A stretch of DNA of 64,000 bases from Dendrobates tinctorius (GCF_039654945.1 NW_027361684.1:32240001-32304000), one strand, 5' to 3'; positions 21,200-33,288 are shown, counted from the stretch's first letter. Numbers and translations are program-made. Notes: a model not told the origin generated them from the letters alone.

Positions 21200-23496
21200 C
21201 TTTTTCTGCTAAGGCCTTTGTGGATTTAGGAGCAGCTTTGAATCTGATGGATCTTGACTGCCAAGCATTGTGGTTTCCCCATGGTGCCCCTGAGAACCCC
21301 TATTCCCTTGAGGGGGATTGATGCTACCCCTTTGGCAGATAATAAACTCCAGTTTTGGACCCAGGTGGTAATGCGGGTTGCCCCGGACCATCAAGAGAAT
21401 TGTAAATTTTTGGTGTTGCACATTTTACATGATACTATTGTACTGGGTTTTCCTTTGTTGCAAACCCATAATCCTGTTTTAGATTGGAAGTCTCTGTCTG
21501 TGGTGAGTTGGGGTTGTCAATGTGTTCTTAGTGACACTCCTGTTTTCTCCACCTCTCCCCAGTTTCAAGACGTTCCTGACTATTTGGCTGATTTTTGTGA
21601 TGTATTTAGTGAGAATAAGTCCACGTCTTTGCCTCCTCATAGGAGTTATGACGCATTTGAGTTAATGCCCGGTTGTAAATTTCCCAAGGGTCGGCTTTTC
21701 AACTTATCTGTACCTGAACATGATGCTATGCGATCTTATATCAAGGAATCATTGGAGAAGGGTTATATCAGACCATCCTCTTCGCCTTTGGGTGCTGGTT
21801 TTTTCTTTGTGGCCAAAAAAGATGGCTCATTAAGGCCATGTATTGATTATCGTTCCCTTAACAAGATCACTGTTAAATATCAGTACCCCTTACCCCTGAT
21901 TTCTGATTTCTTTTCCAGAGTTAAAAGTGCTTGTTGGTTTACCAAACTTGACCTCAGGGGGATGTATAATCTTATTCGCATCAAGCTTGGGGATGATTGG
22001 AAGGCGGCGTTTAATACTCCGGAGGGACATTTTGAGTACCTGATGATGCCTTTTGGGCTCACTAATGCCCTTTCCGTCTTCCAATCTTTTATGAACGATA
22101 TTTTCCGGGACCTTGTGGATAAGTTTTTGATCATTTATCTGGATGATATTTTCATTTTTTCCAGTGATTGGGATTCTCATGTGGAACATGTCCGGACTGT
22201 GTTCCGGATTTTGAGGGAAAATAATCTGCATGTTAAGGGATCGAAATGTCTTTTTGGTGTACAGAGGATTTTGTTTTTGGGATTCATTTTGTCCCCGTCT
22301 GCTATTGAAATGGACCCGGCCAAGGTACAGACCATTTATGATTGGGTTCAGCCCACTTCTCTTAAGGCTCTTCAGAAGTTTTTGGGTTTTGCTAATTTCT
22401 ACCGTAAATTTATAAGTAACTTTTCTGGTATTGTTAAACCTTTGACGGATTTGACAAAAAAGGGCGCTGATGTGGTAAATTGGTCTCCAGAGGAAGTCTC
22501 GGCATTTCAGAAGCTTAAGCAGAGATTCACTTCTGCTCCGGTTCAACGGCAACCTGATGTTTCACTCCCTTTTCATGTGGAGATAGATGCTTCTGAGATT
22601 GGGGCAGGAGCCGATTTGTCTCAAAGAGATCCAGTAACCTCTAAGATGAATCCCTGTGCCTTCTTTTCTCGAAAATTTTCTCCATCTGAACGTAACTATG
22701 ACGTGGGGAATCGGGAATTATTGGCCATGAAGTAGGCATTTGAAGAGTGGAAACATTGGTTGGAGGGAGCCAGACATCAAGTTGTGGTCCTCACCGATCA
22801 CAATAATTTGATTTATCTTGAATCACGCAAGAGCTTGAATCCTAGACAGGCTAGGTGGGCCTTTTTTTCACGCATTTTAATTTTGTGGTCTCTTTTCTTC
22901 CGGGCACTAAGAATTTTAAGGTGGACGCCCTTTCTGGGAGTTTCTTTGTGGATTCTCTTGATGTGACCAAGCCTACGACCATTCTAAATGAGGGTGTAGT
23001 TCTTTCCGCCATGTCTCCTGATTTGAGATGTGCCCTGGAGGAATTTCAGGAGGATAAACCTGAACGATGCCCTATGGGAAAATTGTATGCCCCTGACCAC
23101 TGGAGGAAAAGAGTAATGTCTGAAATTCATTGCTCCGTGTTGGCTGGTCATCCAGGTATCTTTGGTACCAGAGATTTTGTGTGTCGGTCTTTTTGGTGGC
23201 CTGCCTTATCTCGTGATGTCAGGAATTTTGTGCAATCCTGTGGGACTTGTTCTCGGTCTAAGCCCTGTTCTCGTGCTAGTGGTTTGTTGATGCCCCTGCC
23301 GGTGCCCAGGAGGCCATGGACCCATATCTCAATGGATATTATCTCTGATCTCTCTGTCTCTCACAGAATGACTGTTATTTGGGTGATCTGTGATAGATTT
23401 TCTAAGATGGTCCATCTTGTACCACTTCCAAAGTCGCCATCGTCTTCTGAGTTGGTGCCCTTGTTTTTACAACAAGTGGTTCATTTGCATGGGATT
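21200..23496 (+). pseudogene. pol of element A: protease, RT, RNase H, integrase N-half (disrupted)
   Basis: AFVDLGA; LRPCIDYRSLN; YLDDIFIFS; IDASEIGAG; NYDVGNRELLA; HCSVLAGHPG...CGTC; ISMDIISDL. Confidence 0.92.
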
Positions 23497-23907
23497 GCAC
23501 CAAAACGCGCGTCGGGGCAGGTAGGACTGTCCGGGAAGGTTTGCTCTACTTTCTATAAGGTACCTGTATATATCTTTACTATTATGGTGGGCTATTAGTG
23601 CTATTATCCTATTTGATGGATGGGGCCTAGTGTTTGTTCCTGGCACATTCGCCTGATTTGGGTACCCTGCAATATATTGCCACTGTGCATGATTTTATGA
23701 GCGATGTGATATGTTTACACTATTATAATGTCTATGTATACCTCCTTGTGACATACCTACCTTGGGCCTCCTGTGTGGCTGTAATGACCATGTTCCATCT
23801 CTTAGCCCTACTTTGTGCATGTTTGTCTGTATATTTTTATATACTAATAAAATTGTTTGTACTTGCTATTTGACCTTATGACTGGATTCTTGTCCTCTTG
23901 ATTGTGA
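23497..23907 (+). mobile_element. Probable Penelope-like pLTR fragment at the deletion junction of element A
   Basis: Starts with a hammerhead 3' half (C-AAAAC-GCGC-GTC-GGGG); T-rich; AATAAA at ~23846. Confidence 0.55.
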
Positions 23908-24281
23908 GTTTTGTGCATGATTGCAGACAGTACCTTTTTCTGTTCTGTCCTGTCTAGTCAGCTTGGGCCCCACCATTTGCTCAGTCTGTTTTCTGCCTGT
24001 GTTTGTGTCTCATCTTGTCTCACCGACAATATATGTTTGGGGGGCTGTCTATTCCTTTGGGGATCTGCTCTGGGGCAATTTAGATTTCATCTTTCTGTCT
24101 TTATGCTTAGTTAGTCCTCCGGCTGTGATGAATTGTCTAGGGCATCGTAAGAATGCTCCACGGCTACTGCTAGTTGTGCGAATAGGATCAGGGGTCTGCA
24201 ATCCGCTTAGTTACCAACTTCTCTGGTCTTCTGGTGGCTTAGCCTGTTCCTGCCATCCTCCTCAGTGACCCATTCATAACA
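23908..24281 (+). repeat. 3' LTR remnant of element A
   Basis: Matches the joined 5' LTR pieces and shows both pre-insertion (empty) sites. Confidence 0.87.
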
Positions 24282-25002
24282 GCTAACTAAGCGGGGTGAT
24301 CTAGGACAGGAATTAGATGTGGGAAGCGTGATTACCTACCGATGATGCTGACACAATGGGAGTAGAGAAATGAGATGTTCACATGAAGCAGGCTTGATAG
24401 AAAATGGCAGACTGAAGAGAATAATGGGGCTGGAATAGACTATCATGCTTTGCAAACTTACCCAGAATACATTGTGGATTGGGGGGGAAACAAAACGAAA
24501 GTGAAATAAAATAACACTGCAGTTATTACTTTGACCACTAGATGGAGCCAAAACCACTAAACATTAAAATCTATGGAAAAACTGAGCATTATAGATATTC
24601 TCAGCAAATCAATATGTATATACATAAACAACTAGACAGTCAAGGGTTGTGAATTATGTCGGAGACAGAACAGTACGGCTTAAGGGGGGTGGTTTACAGA
24701 GCAAGAGGAACAAAGCTATTACATTTTAAATATTTAATCCAGAAAGGTAGGCCGTGTTTACAAAAAAATATACAAAGATGTTACAAAATGGGAACAAAAC
24801 AATACAGTATAGACAATTACATAAAATAAAAAGGAATAACAAAAGAGAATTGCTAAACCTGATGTTGCAGAAATGGCTCTTATCTTTATAGAAGGAAGTA
24901 CTCATATTATGAAAATGGAACACTCATAGAGAACTGTGTCTTCCAGAAATTAACAATGACAGAAACCTAAACTCTGATTTTTATTAGATCAAGGTTACGT
25001 AT

Positions 25003-25460
25003 TGTGAGAATCATATGGGAATAGTGGATGAGGGCAGGTATATCTCACCCAGATTCCTTTCCTATGTGGCCTAGTCTGGTCAGTATCGCACCTGCTTACT
25101 AATGGATAATGGGAGGTGGATATAAAAGGATGCAAGGTGGTTGTGTGAGTGTCTCAGCCTGGGAACACAGAGAGCCTGTCTGTGTGAGAGACACACGTGA
25201 GTGGAAGCAGTGCCCACTGCAACTGTGGTTTGGCTGGACGGGAGAAGCCCGCCAGTTGGTAGTTAGGTTGTCCATTGTTTAGTTAGTGCCGGACAGGCAA
25301 GGATTTGTTTTATGTTTTATTTCCTTTTGCATTGCTTTCACCGTTAATAAACCTGACCTAGTGTCAGTTATACCCGGACCCCGGCTGTGCGCCTGAGTTT
25401 CATGCTGAACGCACGTGACCTTTGACCCCAGCAAAGGCGATCCCGGAGTGTTTTATCACA
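25003..25460 (+). repeat. 5' LTR
   Basis: TGTGA...TCACA; TATAAAA at ~25121; AATAAA at ~25346. Confidence 0.95.
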
Positions 25461-25463
25461 TTG

Positions 25464-25483
25464 TGGTGGAGAACGCGGGCATC
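25464..25483 (+). promoter_or_regulatory. Primer binding site, tRNA-Ala
   Basis: TGGTGGAGAACGCGGGCATC; complementary to the tRNA-Ala(AGC) 3' end as recalled. Confidence 0.8.
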
Positions 25484-25494
25484 ACGTTGCAAGC

Positions 25495-25973
25495 ATGAGC
25501 ATGGAGGACGTGGTGAAAGCGCTGGTACAGTCCACCGCTGTCCAGCAAGAAGCTAATCGGGTGATGATGGCCCAGCTGAAGGAGTTGGTGGACATGACAG
25601 CTACCGATCGTTCGCTTCTCCAGCAGGTGGCGCAGCGCCTGGCAAGCCTACATGAGGGTAACCTGGAAGCCGAGTCGAGAGTGATTCACGTGAGTCGGTA
25701 CTGGCAGAAGATGACAACCGAAGATGACGTCGAGGCATACCTGACCACGTTTGACGTCGAGAAAAATGGCCGAAGGCACGGTGGGCCGGCCTGATTGCCC
25801 CGTTTCTTTCCCGTGAGGCCCAAAAGGCTTATTATGACTTAGAGCCAGAAGCCGCGCAGGACTTTGACAAATTGAAAGCCGAGATCTTGGCCCGGCTGGG
25901 AGTGACGACCGCTGTCCGTGCACAGAGAGTGCATCAATAAACTTATCAGCCGGATAAACCACCGCGGTCACAG
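25495..25973 (+). pseudogene. gag N-terminal part (frameshift and stop)
   Basis: KMTTEDDVEAYLTTF, then shifted to AQKAYYDL...FDKLKAEILARLG. Confidence 0.8.
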
Positions 25974-28175
25974 ATGTTCGACCTGGTCCACGTGACGAAG
26001 AAGTGGCTACAACCCGAGGTGCTGACAGCGCCAGAGATAATCCAGAGAGTCGTCATGGACAAGTACCTGAGACCTCTACCGCCAGCCCTGAGGAAGTGGG
26101 TAAGCCATGGAAATCCTACGACGGCAGATCAACTGGTGGATCTGGTTGAACGTTACTCCGTGGCGGAAGGACTCCGAGACGACGTTACCCCACCTCGTTC
26201 TTCATCATCTCCACGTGGAACCGGTAAGACTGTTCCAGGGAGTAGGGGAGATGGAAAAATCCCTAAGACAGTGGGGGAGGAAAATGGGACTGCCCGCACT
26301 GCGAGGCCGAGAGTAACGAACTATGGTCTAAGCAAGGGGCCCGTTAAGTGTTTCCGCTGCCAAGAGATGGGACATATTGCTGTGAACTGTCCGGTCACTA
26401 CTGAACCCATGCAGTGCGACGTCACAGACTCTAAAAACCGCATGTCTATGGTTGCACGGGTAGTGAGTGTGAATGCCGGTCAAAAGGATGCGGAAAAACA
26501 CTTGTGCGAGTTAACTGTTGATGGCAAAAAGGTGGTGGCATTGTTAGACTCGGGAAGTGTGGTGACTCTGGTGAAGGCCAGTCTGGTGTCAGCCCCGACT
26601 GGACCATCAGACAAATTTTCTGTAACGTGTGTGCATGGAGACACCTGTTCGTACCTCACCACGGTCATATGCATTACTACTTCCTATGGGTCTGTGCAAC
26701 ATAAAGTGGGACTTGTCCCGGCGTTATTGCATGATGTTATCCTGGGCCGGAATTTTCCCCACTTCTGGCAATTGTGGGAGAATCAGTTGATGCCCTCGGG
26801 TAATAGTGTACATGATTCTTCTCCCAGGGAGCGTGTGGGTCCCAAACCCCTGGAAGAGGTCTCCCCGGAAGACTCGGGGGAAGGGTCTGCGGGAAATGAC
26901 CTGCCGTTCCCGTTTTCAGTCATGGCGGGTGATACGGAGGAGACCGGGGAAGAGGAGGAGGCCGACAGCCGTCCACCTCCCCGTTTGCCGGATTTAGAAG
27001 TTCAGAAAGATGACTTCCAAAGCGAGCAAATAAAGGATCCTTCCCTTTCTCAGGCTAGGACAAATGTAAAAGTGATAAATGGGGTACCCGTAGAACCTGG
27101 CTCTAGGCTGGCATATCCTTACATGGTTCTGGAGAATGATTTACTCTATCAGATAGAGAAAAAGGGCGAAGATACGGTGCAACTATTAGTCGTGCCAAAA
27201 CCCTACCGGCGGCAGGTGCTGCACCTGGCCCACGGACATGTGATGGGAGGTCACCTGGGAGTCCAGAAAACCACCGAAAGGATATTACACTGTTTTGTTT
27301 GGCCAGGCATGCATCACGATATTCGAGTATATTGTGAGTCTTGTCCTGACTGCCAAGCCTCTGCACCTAAGCCCCGGTTCTGTAGCCCTTTGGTACCCCT
27401 ACCTATTATTGAAGTCCCGTTTGAGAGGATTGGGATGGATTTAGTTGGGCCCCTTCCACGGTCTGCACGTGGACACCAACATAGCCTGGTCATCTTGGAT
27501 TATGCCACTCGTTACCCGGAGGCCATCCCTTTGCGTAACACGGCCACCAAGACGATTGCCAAGGAACTGGTGCATGTGTTTAGTCGGGTCGGTATACCAA
27601 AACAGATACTCACCGACCAGGGGACCCCCTTTATGTCCAGGATAATGAAGGAGCTCTGCCGTTTGTTACAAATCGAACCGTTACGCACATCCGTGTATCA
27701 CCCTCAAACAGACGGGTTGGTCGAACGGTTCAATAAAACTCTGAAGCAGATGCTGAGAAAGGTGATAGACAAGGATGGGAAGAACTGGGACTATTTACTT
27801 CCGTATTTGCTTTTTGCCATCAGGGAAGTACCCCAGTCTTCCACGGGATTCTCGCCTTTCGAGTTATTGTACGCCCGACGTCCTCGCGGACTGTTAGACG
27901 TTGCAAAAGAAACCTGGGAGGGTCAGGTCACTCCGTTTAAAACGGTGATAGATCACGTCACACAGATGCAGGGTCGTATTGCGGCTGTTATGCCTATCGT
28001 CAAAGAACACATGATGCAGGCTCAAGGAGCCCAAAAAAGAATCTATGATAGGGGCGCCAAGATCCGTACGTTTGCACCAGGAGATAGGGTGTTGATCCTG
28101 GTCCCCACGGTGGACAGTAAGTTCCTGGCAAAGTGGCAGGGCCCTTTGAGATCAAGGAAAGAGTTGGTGAAGTAA
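25974..28175 (+). CDS. gag-pol fragment: SCAN-like domain, CCHC knuckle, protease, integrase
   Basis: KKWLQPE...MDKYLR; CFRCQEMGHIAVNC; ALLDSGS; HGHVMGGHLG...CESCPDC; MDLVGPL; LTDQGTPF; QTDGLVERFN. Confidence 0.92.
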   Translation: MFDLVHVTKKWLQPEVLTAPEIIQRVVMDKYLRPLPPALRKWVSHGNPTTADQLVDLVERYSVAEGLRDDVTPPRSSSSPRGTGKTVPGSRGDGKIPKTVGEENGTARTARPRVTNYGLSKGPVKCFRCQEMGHIAVNCPVTTEPMQCDVTDSKNRMSMVARVVSVNAGQKDAEKHLCELTVDGKKVVALLDSGSVVTLVKASLVSAPTGPSDKFSVTCVHGDTCSYLTTVICITTSYGSVQHKVGLVPALLHDVILGRNFPHFWQLWENQLMPSGNSVHDSSPRERVGPKPLEEVSPEDSGEGSAGNDLPFPFSVMAGDTEETGEEEEADSRPPPRLPDLEVQKDDFQSEQIKDPSLSQARTNVKVINGVPVEPGSRLAYPYMVLENDLLYQIEKKGEDTVQLLVVPKPYRRQVLHLAHGHVMGGHLGVQKTTERILHCFVWPGMHHDIRVYCESCPDCQASAPKPRFCSPLVPLPIIEVPFERIGMDLVGPLPRSARGHQHSLVILDYATRYPEAIPLRNTATKTIAKELVHVFSRVGIPKQILTDQGTPFMSRIMKELCRLLQIEPLRTSVYHPQTDGLVERFNKTLKQMLRKVIDKDGKNWDYLLPYLLFAIREVPQSSTGFSPFELLYARRPRGLLDVAKETWEGQVTPFKTVIDHVTQMQGRIAAVMPIVKEHMMQAQGAQKRIYDRGAKIRTFAPGDRVLILVPTVDSKFLAKWQGPLRSRKELVK

Positions 28176-29827
28176 ACTACAAAGTTTACCAGGCAGGTAA
28201 ACAGAAACCTGAACAGATTTATCATGTAAATCTGATAAAGCCCTGGAAGGATCGGTCTGCCTTGTCAGCGGAGCTGGCCCGTCCTGTCTGCTCGCATGCC
28301 GTACCGGAGGTACGGGTTGCAGAGACTCTCTCGGAGCGGCAAAAGACTGAAGTCAGGCAGTTTCTACTTCACAACCAAAAGTTTTTCTCAGAAAAACCCG
28401 GGCAGACTATGCTAATGAAACATGACATCTTAACGGAACCTGGTGTCACAGTTCACGTAAAGCCCTACCGAATCCCGGAAGCGCGCCGTGAAGTCGTTTC
28501 CCGAGAAGTGAAGGCAATGTTAGAGTTAGGAGTCATTGAGGAATCGCACAGTGCATGGTCCAGCCCGATTGTGCTAATTCCTAAACCGGACGGCACCATC
28601 CGGTTCTGCAATGACTTCAGGAAACTGAATGCGGTCTCAAAATTTGATGCCTACCCTATGCCCCGGGTCAACGAGTTAATAGATCGGTTAGGAAAAGCCC
28701 GGTATATTACGACCCTAGACCTAACAAAGGGGTATTGGCAGATCCCTCTGGCTGAGGCTGCCAAAGAAAAGACGGCATTTGCTACGCCGGAAGGTTTATT
28801 TCAGTATGTGTATATGCCGTTTGGACTGCACGGGGCACCGGCGACCTTCCAGAGACTGATGGATTGAGTCTTGAGGCCACATAGGCGGTATGCTTCGGCC
28901 TATTTGGATGACATTGTCATTTACAGCTTGGACTGGGAGACTCATCTCCAGAAAGTACAAGCTGTGATTGACGACCTGTGGGAGGCAGGTCTAACCGCGA
29001 ACCCCAAGAAATGTCACATCGGGCTAGAAGAAGCCCGGTATTTGGGGTATGTAATTGGGAGGGGTGTTGTTAAACCCCAGGTTGATAAGATTCAGGCGGT
29101 TCAGGACTGGCCACAACCTGTCAACAAGAAGCAGGTGCAAGCCTTCCTGGGGATCGCCGGCTATTATCGCCGGTTCATACCCAATTTTGCAGCCATCGCT
29201 ACCCCCCTGACGGATCTTACAAAAGGGAAAGACTCCGTCATGATTAAATGGAGTTTAGCGGCTGAAGAAGCCTTCCATAGCCTAAAACGGGCACTTTGCT
29301 CTCAGCCCGTACTGGTGACTCCGGACTTCCGCAGCGAGTTTGTGGTACAAACGGATGCCTCTGATACTGGTATCGGGGCCGTACTCTCACAAGTGAGGGA
29401 CGGAGTGGAACATCCAGTCCTCTATCTCAGCAGGAAGCTGAATAAACACGAGCAAAGGTATGCCGTCATAGAAAAAGAGTGCCTCGCCATTAAGTGGGCT
29501 CTAGAGGCCCTCAAATATTACCTGGTGGGCCGAAAGTTCAAGCTGATCACTGACCATGCCCCTCTCAAGTGGATGCACTTGAACAAGGAACGGAATAGCC
29601 GGGTGACCCGGTGGTTCCTTGCCCTGCAGGCCTACACTTTTACGGTGGAGCACCGCCCAGGGGTACAGATGGGAAATGCAGATGCCCTGTCCCGAGTGCA
29701 CTGTTTGGCGGGTGTCATTGCTCGACCGGAGTGGTCTGAGCAGAAGGGGGGGATATGTGAGAATCATATGGGAATAGTGGATGAGGGCAGGTGTATCTCA
29801 CCCAGATTCCTTTCCTATGTGGCCTAG
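28133..29827 (+). pseudogene. pol: INT end, RT and RNase H (in-frame TGA at 28865-28867)
   Basis: RFCNDFRKLN; DLTKGYWQ; YLDDIVIYS; QTDASDTGIG; EKECLAIKW; frame ends inside the 3' LTR. Confidence 0.93.
29738..29755 (+). promoter_or_regulatory. Polypurine tract
   Basis: GAGCAGAAGGGGGGGATA abutting the 3' LTR. Confidence 0.85.
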
Positions 29828-30213
29828 TCTGGTCAGTATCGCACCTGCTTACTAATGGATAATGGGAGGTGGATATAAAAGGATGCAAGGTGGTTGTGTG
29901 AGTGTCTCAGCCTGGGAACACAGAGAGCCTGTCTGTGTGAGAGACACATGTGAGTGGAAGCAGTGCCCACTGCAACTGTGGTTTGGCTGGACGGGAGAAG
30001 CCCGCCAGTTGGTAGTTAGGTTGTCCATTGTTTAGTTAGTGCCGGACAGGCAAGGATTTGTTTTATGTTTTATTTCCTTTTGCATTGCTTTCACCGTTAA
30101 TAAACCTGACCCAGTGTCAGTTATACCCGGACCCCGGCTGTGCGCCTGAGTTTCATGCTGAACGCACGTGACCTTTGACCCCAGCAAAGGCGATCCCGGA
30201 GTGTTTTATCACA
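29756..30213 (+). repeat. 3' LTR
   Basis: Near-identical to 25003-25460. Confidence 0.95.
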
Positions 30214-31914
30214 GTATACATAGCTCCCCTTCGTGAGCTTATATGGAGGCTTGTTGTGGGATGTGCTGGACCTTTAGAAAATTCTGAGATCCCCAACTAT
30301 CATTATATCTTCGCCCCTGGGGGTCCCAGGAGGGAGAGAGTGTCGTCATGTTTCCTCTCACAATTTTACCTTTCTATGGAGATAAAGCATGGCATGGATA
30401 GCTTCATTCATCTGACAAATGTGAAGTGGGGAGTGTTCTGCCAGCCTTATGGTGATGTGAGTGAATACGTTATCTTTGTCTCTTCATTGTGATGCCAAAA
30501 ATATATCTCCCTTAAATATCAGATTGATGCAAACCCCAATATTCATCATTGACCATTGGCTCCAGAAAGTTTGAGACCAGTCTTTGAACAGAGGAAGTTC
30601 TTGCCTCGGAAGTGTAGTTCTTCACCTAAGAATATACAAATCCTAGACTTGTTGTCTGGGTCTCAGAGCAGATTTCTGCTGTAATTTCTATGCTCCCGAG
30701 ATATCTTTAAGGATTTTAATTTTTCTCTATGACATAATGAATAACACAATAATTGTGCATAGAAAAATTCTGAACAAATTCTTTTTAAGTTTTAAGTGGC
30801 ATATCTCGGAGTAAAGCATCATTCCTGTGGTCTTTCACTTGCAGTGCAGAGGAACCATTTTATCTTTCCCTTAACATTTCTGGTTGTACCGCTGGATCAG
30901 CAGCAGCAGCTGATTATTTCCAAGCTTTAATACTGTTGTATAATACACAACTGTACCAGGAGAGCAATTTTTTTATTGTACTGTATTTAGTATTGCTCAC
31001 CACCAGATAAGACCCTATTGCGCTTCCTTTGCTTCCCAGTTTTCTCTCCACTAAACTTAAAATACTGTACTTTTGACTATAACTGAATTTCTAGACCACC
31101 CCATTTATATTAATGGTATATTATAAGCATGTACCAAGATTATTATTTGCATAGCATAGTATCTGTCAAAGTCCCTTTAACAAAATGCCTTAAATTCCAT
31201 TATGCCCTCAAAAAAAGTTAATGTGATTGATGATGGTTCATCTGTTTAAAGCAATGTAGTTCTGAAATTTAAAAAAACAAACTTTATTTCTGGGAAAATA
31301 TATTTTTACTGTACAATTCATACCCTTCTATTTTAATAAACTCATGGGGAAACTAAACTGTTAAATGGTGGCCATTAGTATTTTCTTAATGCATTTCATC
31401 TCCCTTCTGAATTATATATTTCCTTTTCATTATCAATGGAGTTAATTCTGAGATGTGTTTTACTTGTCTCGTCCACTTTAGTTCCCATCCACAGGTCATC
31501 AGCTTCATCTCCAGTTCCCGGCTTACGAGATAGCTAATAATTATTGCTTTTCATAAATGCATCCCATCATTTCATGATGAGTCACAACATTGGGTGAGGA
31601 ACAGATTCTAAGATTTTGTTTCACTATCAATTCTTAAGATTTTGTTTGATACATATACATTTTCTTTACTTCTTAAGTTTAACTCTATTTTTGCATTACA
31701 GTTTATAAAGAAAATCAATAGTCATTTTGGAATTTACTGTTAAATTATAATCTGTCTCCTGTTTCCAATATAGCATAAAGAATAATATAAATGTAAGAAA
31801 ATTCACATTTTTTAAATATTTCTATTGTTATGAAATCATTTGTAAATGAAAAATAATTAATTGTATAACGAAACTTAATTTTTTAGTATTGTTCCAATAA
31901 TAGATTTGTTTTAA

Positions 31915-32784
31915 AGGGAACCTGTCAGCGCCGTTATACTCATTAAAACAATAACCTGGCTGATGAAATCCATCTTGTGGTTGTTGTTAAATTTTTATTT
32001 GTAGTTTCCACTTAATGAGATTCTCGTCCTAAAGGGCAGGGCTGTGGCGGGGTCTTCATGTTGTGCCCTGCTTACATATTCATTAGTATTGCTTCTGACA
32101 GGTCACTGATCCCTCACTGACCTGTCCCCTATTTTACATAATGAATATTATAATGAATATTGTATGGATTTAAAAAATAAAATCCCCTTGACCAAGCAGG
32201 TGCCGGCACTTGTGCTGCAGCATTTATAATATGCATTGAATTGATTTATTTGCTGATATAAATTTTGTAAGAAAAATAAATAAATTCTGTCTCAAAGCGA
32301 CTCCAGCCATATTGGTGAAGACAATTTTTTTTTTCTCTAGCAACATGGCATCGGCGGCGCCTGCTCAGTAGAATCTATCGGATTTTGAGACAGAATTTTT
32401 TTTCCTTAATAATTTCATATCAGCAAATATAACAATTTAATGCATATAATACATGCAATTATGTTGCAGCGCTAGTGCCACCGCCGGTGCATGCCTACTG
32501 AAGGTGATTTTTTTTTCAATACATATAATATTCAATATGTAAATTAGGGGGAAGGTTACTGAGGGATCAGTGACCTGTCAGCATTCCTCATTATGATTAC
32601 CTAATCAGAGCACCCCCAGAGGCTGCCCCAGAGCACGAGCATATCATTAACTCAAAACTGAAAATAAAGATTAAACAACCACAAGACGGATTTTATCACC
32701 CCAGGTATCATTTCATTCAGAATAACAGCGCCGACCTGACACTGTGTGTAGGTTACTAAGCACAACTCTGCTGACAGGTTCCCT
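31915..32784. mobile_element. T2/Kolobok-type MITE
   Basis: TTAA|AGGGAACCTGTCAGC...GCTGACAGGTTCCCT|TTAA; internal inverted repeats at ~32095 and ~32560. Confidence 0.88.
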
Positions 32785-33288
32785 TTAATTAATTATTTAC
32801 TATTTATGATCTCTAAATACTGTTAGTGAATGGAATCATGTTTGACCCTACTTTCAGTGACCTCTGTGAGGCTTACTCCTCCAAACCTCCACAAAAAGGG
32901 ATTCGGGCCATTGATTACAATGAGGCTGATGGAGTCACAGGGTGCTCTGTTGTTCGTCATTTTGGCAGTAAATGCATACTAGGTGCTGGCAGCAAGTCGT
33001 ACTCTATCAGGTCTTACAGCCCACTTCCAATAGGTGTGTACAGCTGAAAATTATGTACAAGAGAGCACACGGTGACTCTGCATTATGTGCCCCTGAAAGA
33101 AGCTACGGGCAAAAAGCCCATTGGGGCGAGGGAGCACCACCGGACAACTCACACTTTCTGCCTTTCCTTTGTGCAAGATGTCACTGTTCCATTGTTCAGG
33201 TAATATGTTTTTACTTCAGGTGTAAATCTGTATTTGGTTATACTTGCCTCTGCTTAATCTAACTCCATATGTGGGTAATGTTATTTAA

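Larger units (their letters stand above)
16887..24281 (+). mobile_element. Tf1/sushi-group Gypsy element A, with nested insertions and a 3' deletion
   Basis: TGTTGTG...CATAACA termini; 6-bp TSD GCTAAC at 16881-16886 and 24282-24287; gag-PR-RT-RH-INT at 20460-23496. Confidence 0.88.
25003..30213 (+). mobile_element. Full-length young Gmr1-like Gypsy retrotransposon
   Basis: 458-bp LTRs with 3 differences by eye; 4-bp TSD GTAT; tRNA-Ala PBS; PPT; gag(SCAN)-PR-INT-RT-RH. Confidence 0.96.

Noticed and set aside
18474-23496. Apparent circularly permuted retrotransposon (INT-chromodomain, LTR, gag, pol)
   Set aside because: TSDs GAGGTC and GGCCCC show the chromodomain part belongs to a separate element nested in the 5' LTR of element A.
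30370-30625. Minus-strand exon-like segment (TTCTTAG acceptor, GTAAAA donor)
   Set aside because: All three frames are closed before the donor; no recognisable protein.
33089-33126. Possible further hammerhead (CCCTGAAAGAAGCTACGGGCAAAAAGCCCATTGGGG)
   Set aside because: Both core boxes deviate (CTGAAAGA; AAAA instead of GAAA); at best a decayed relic.
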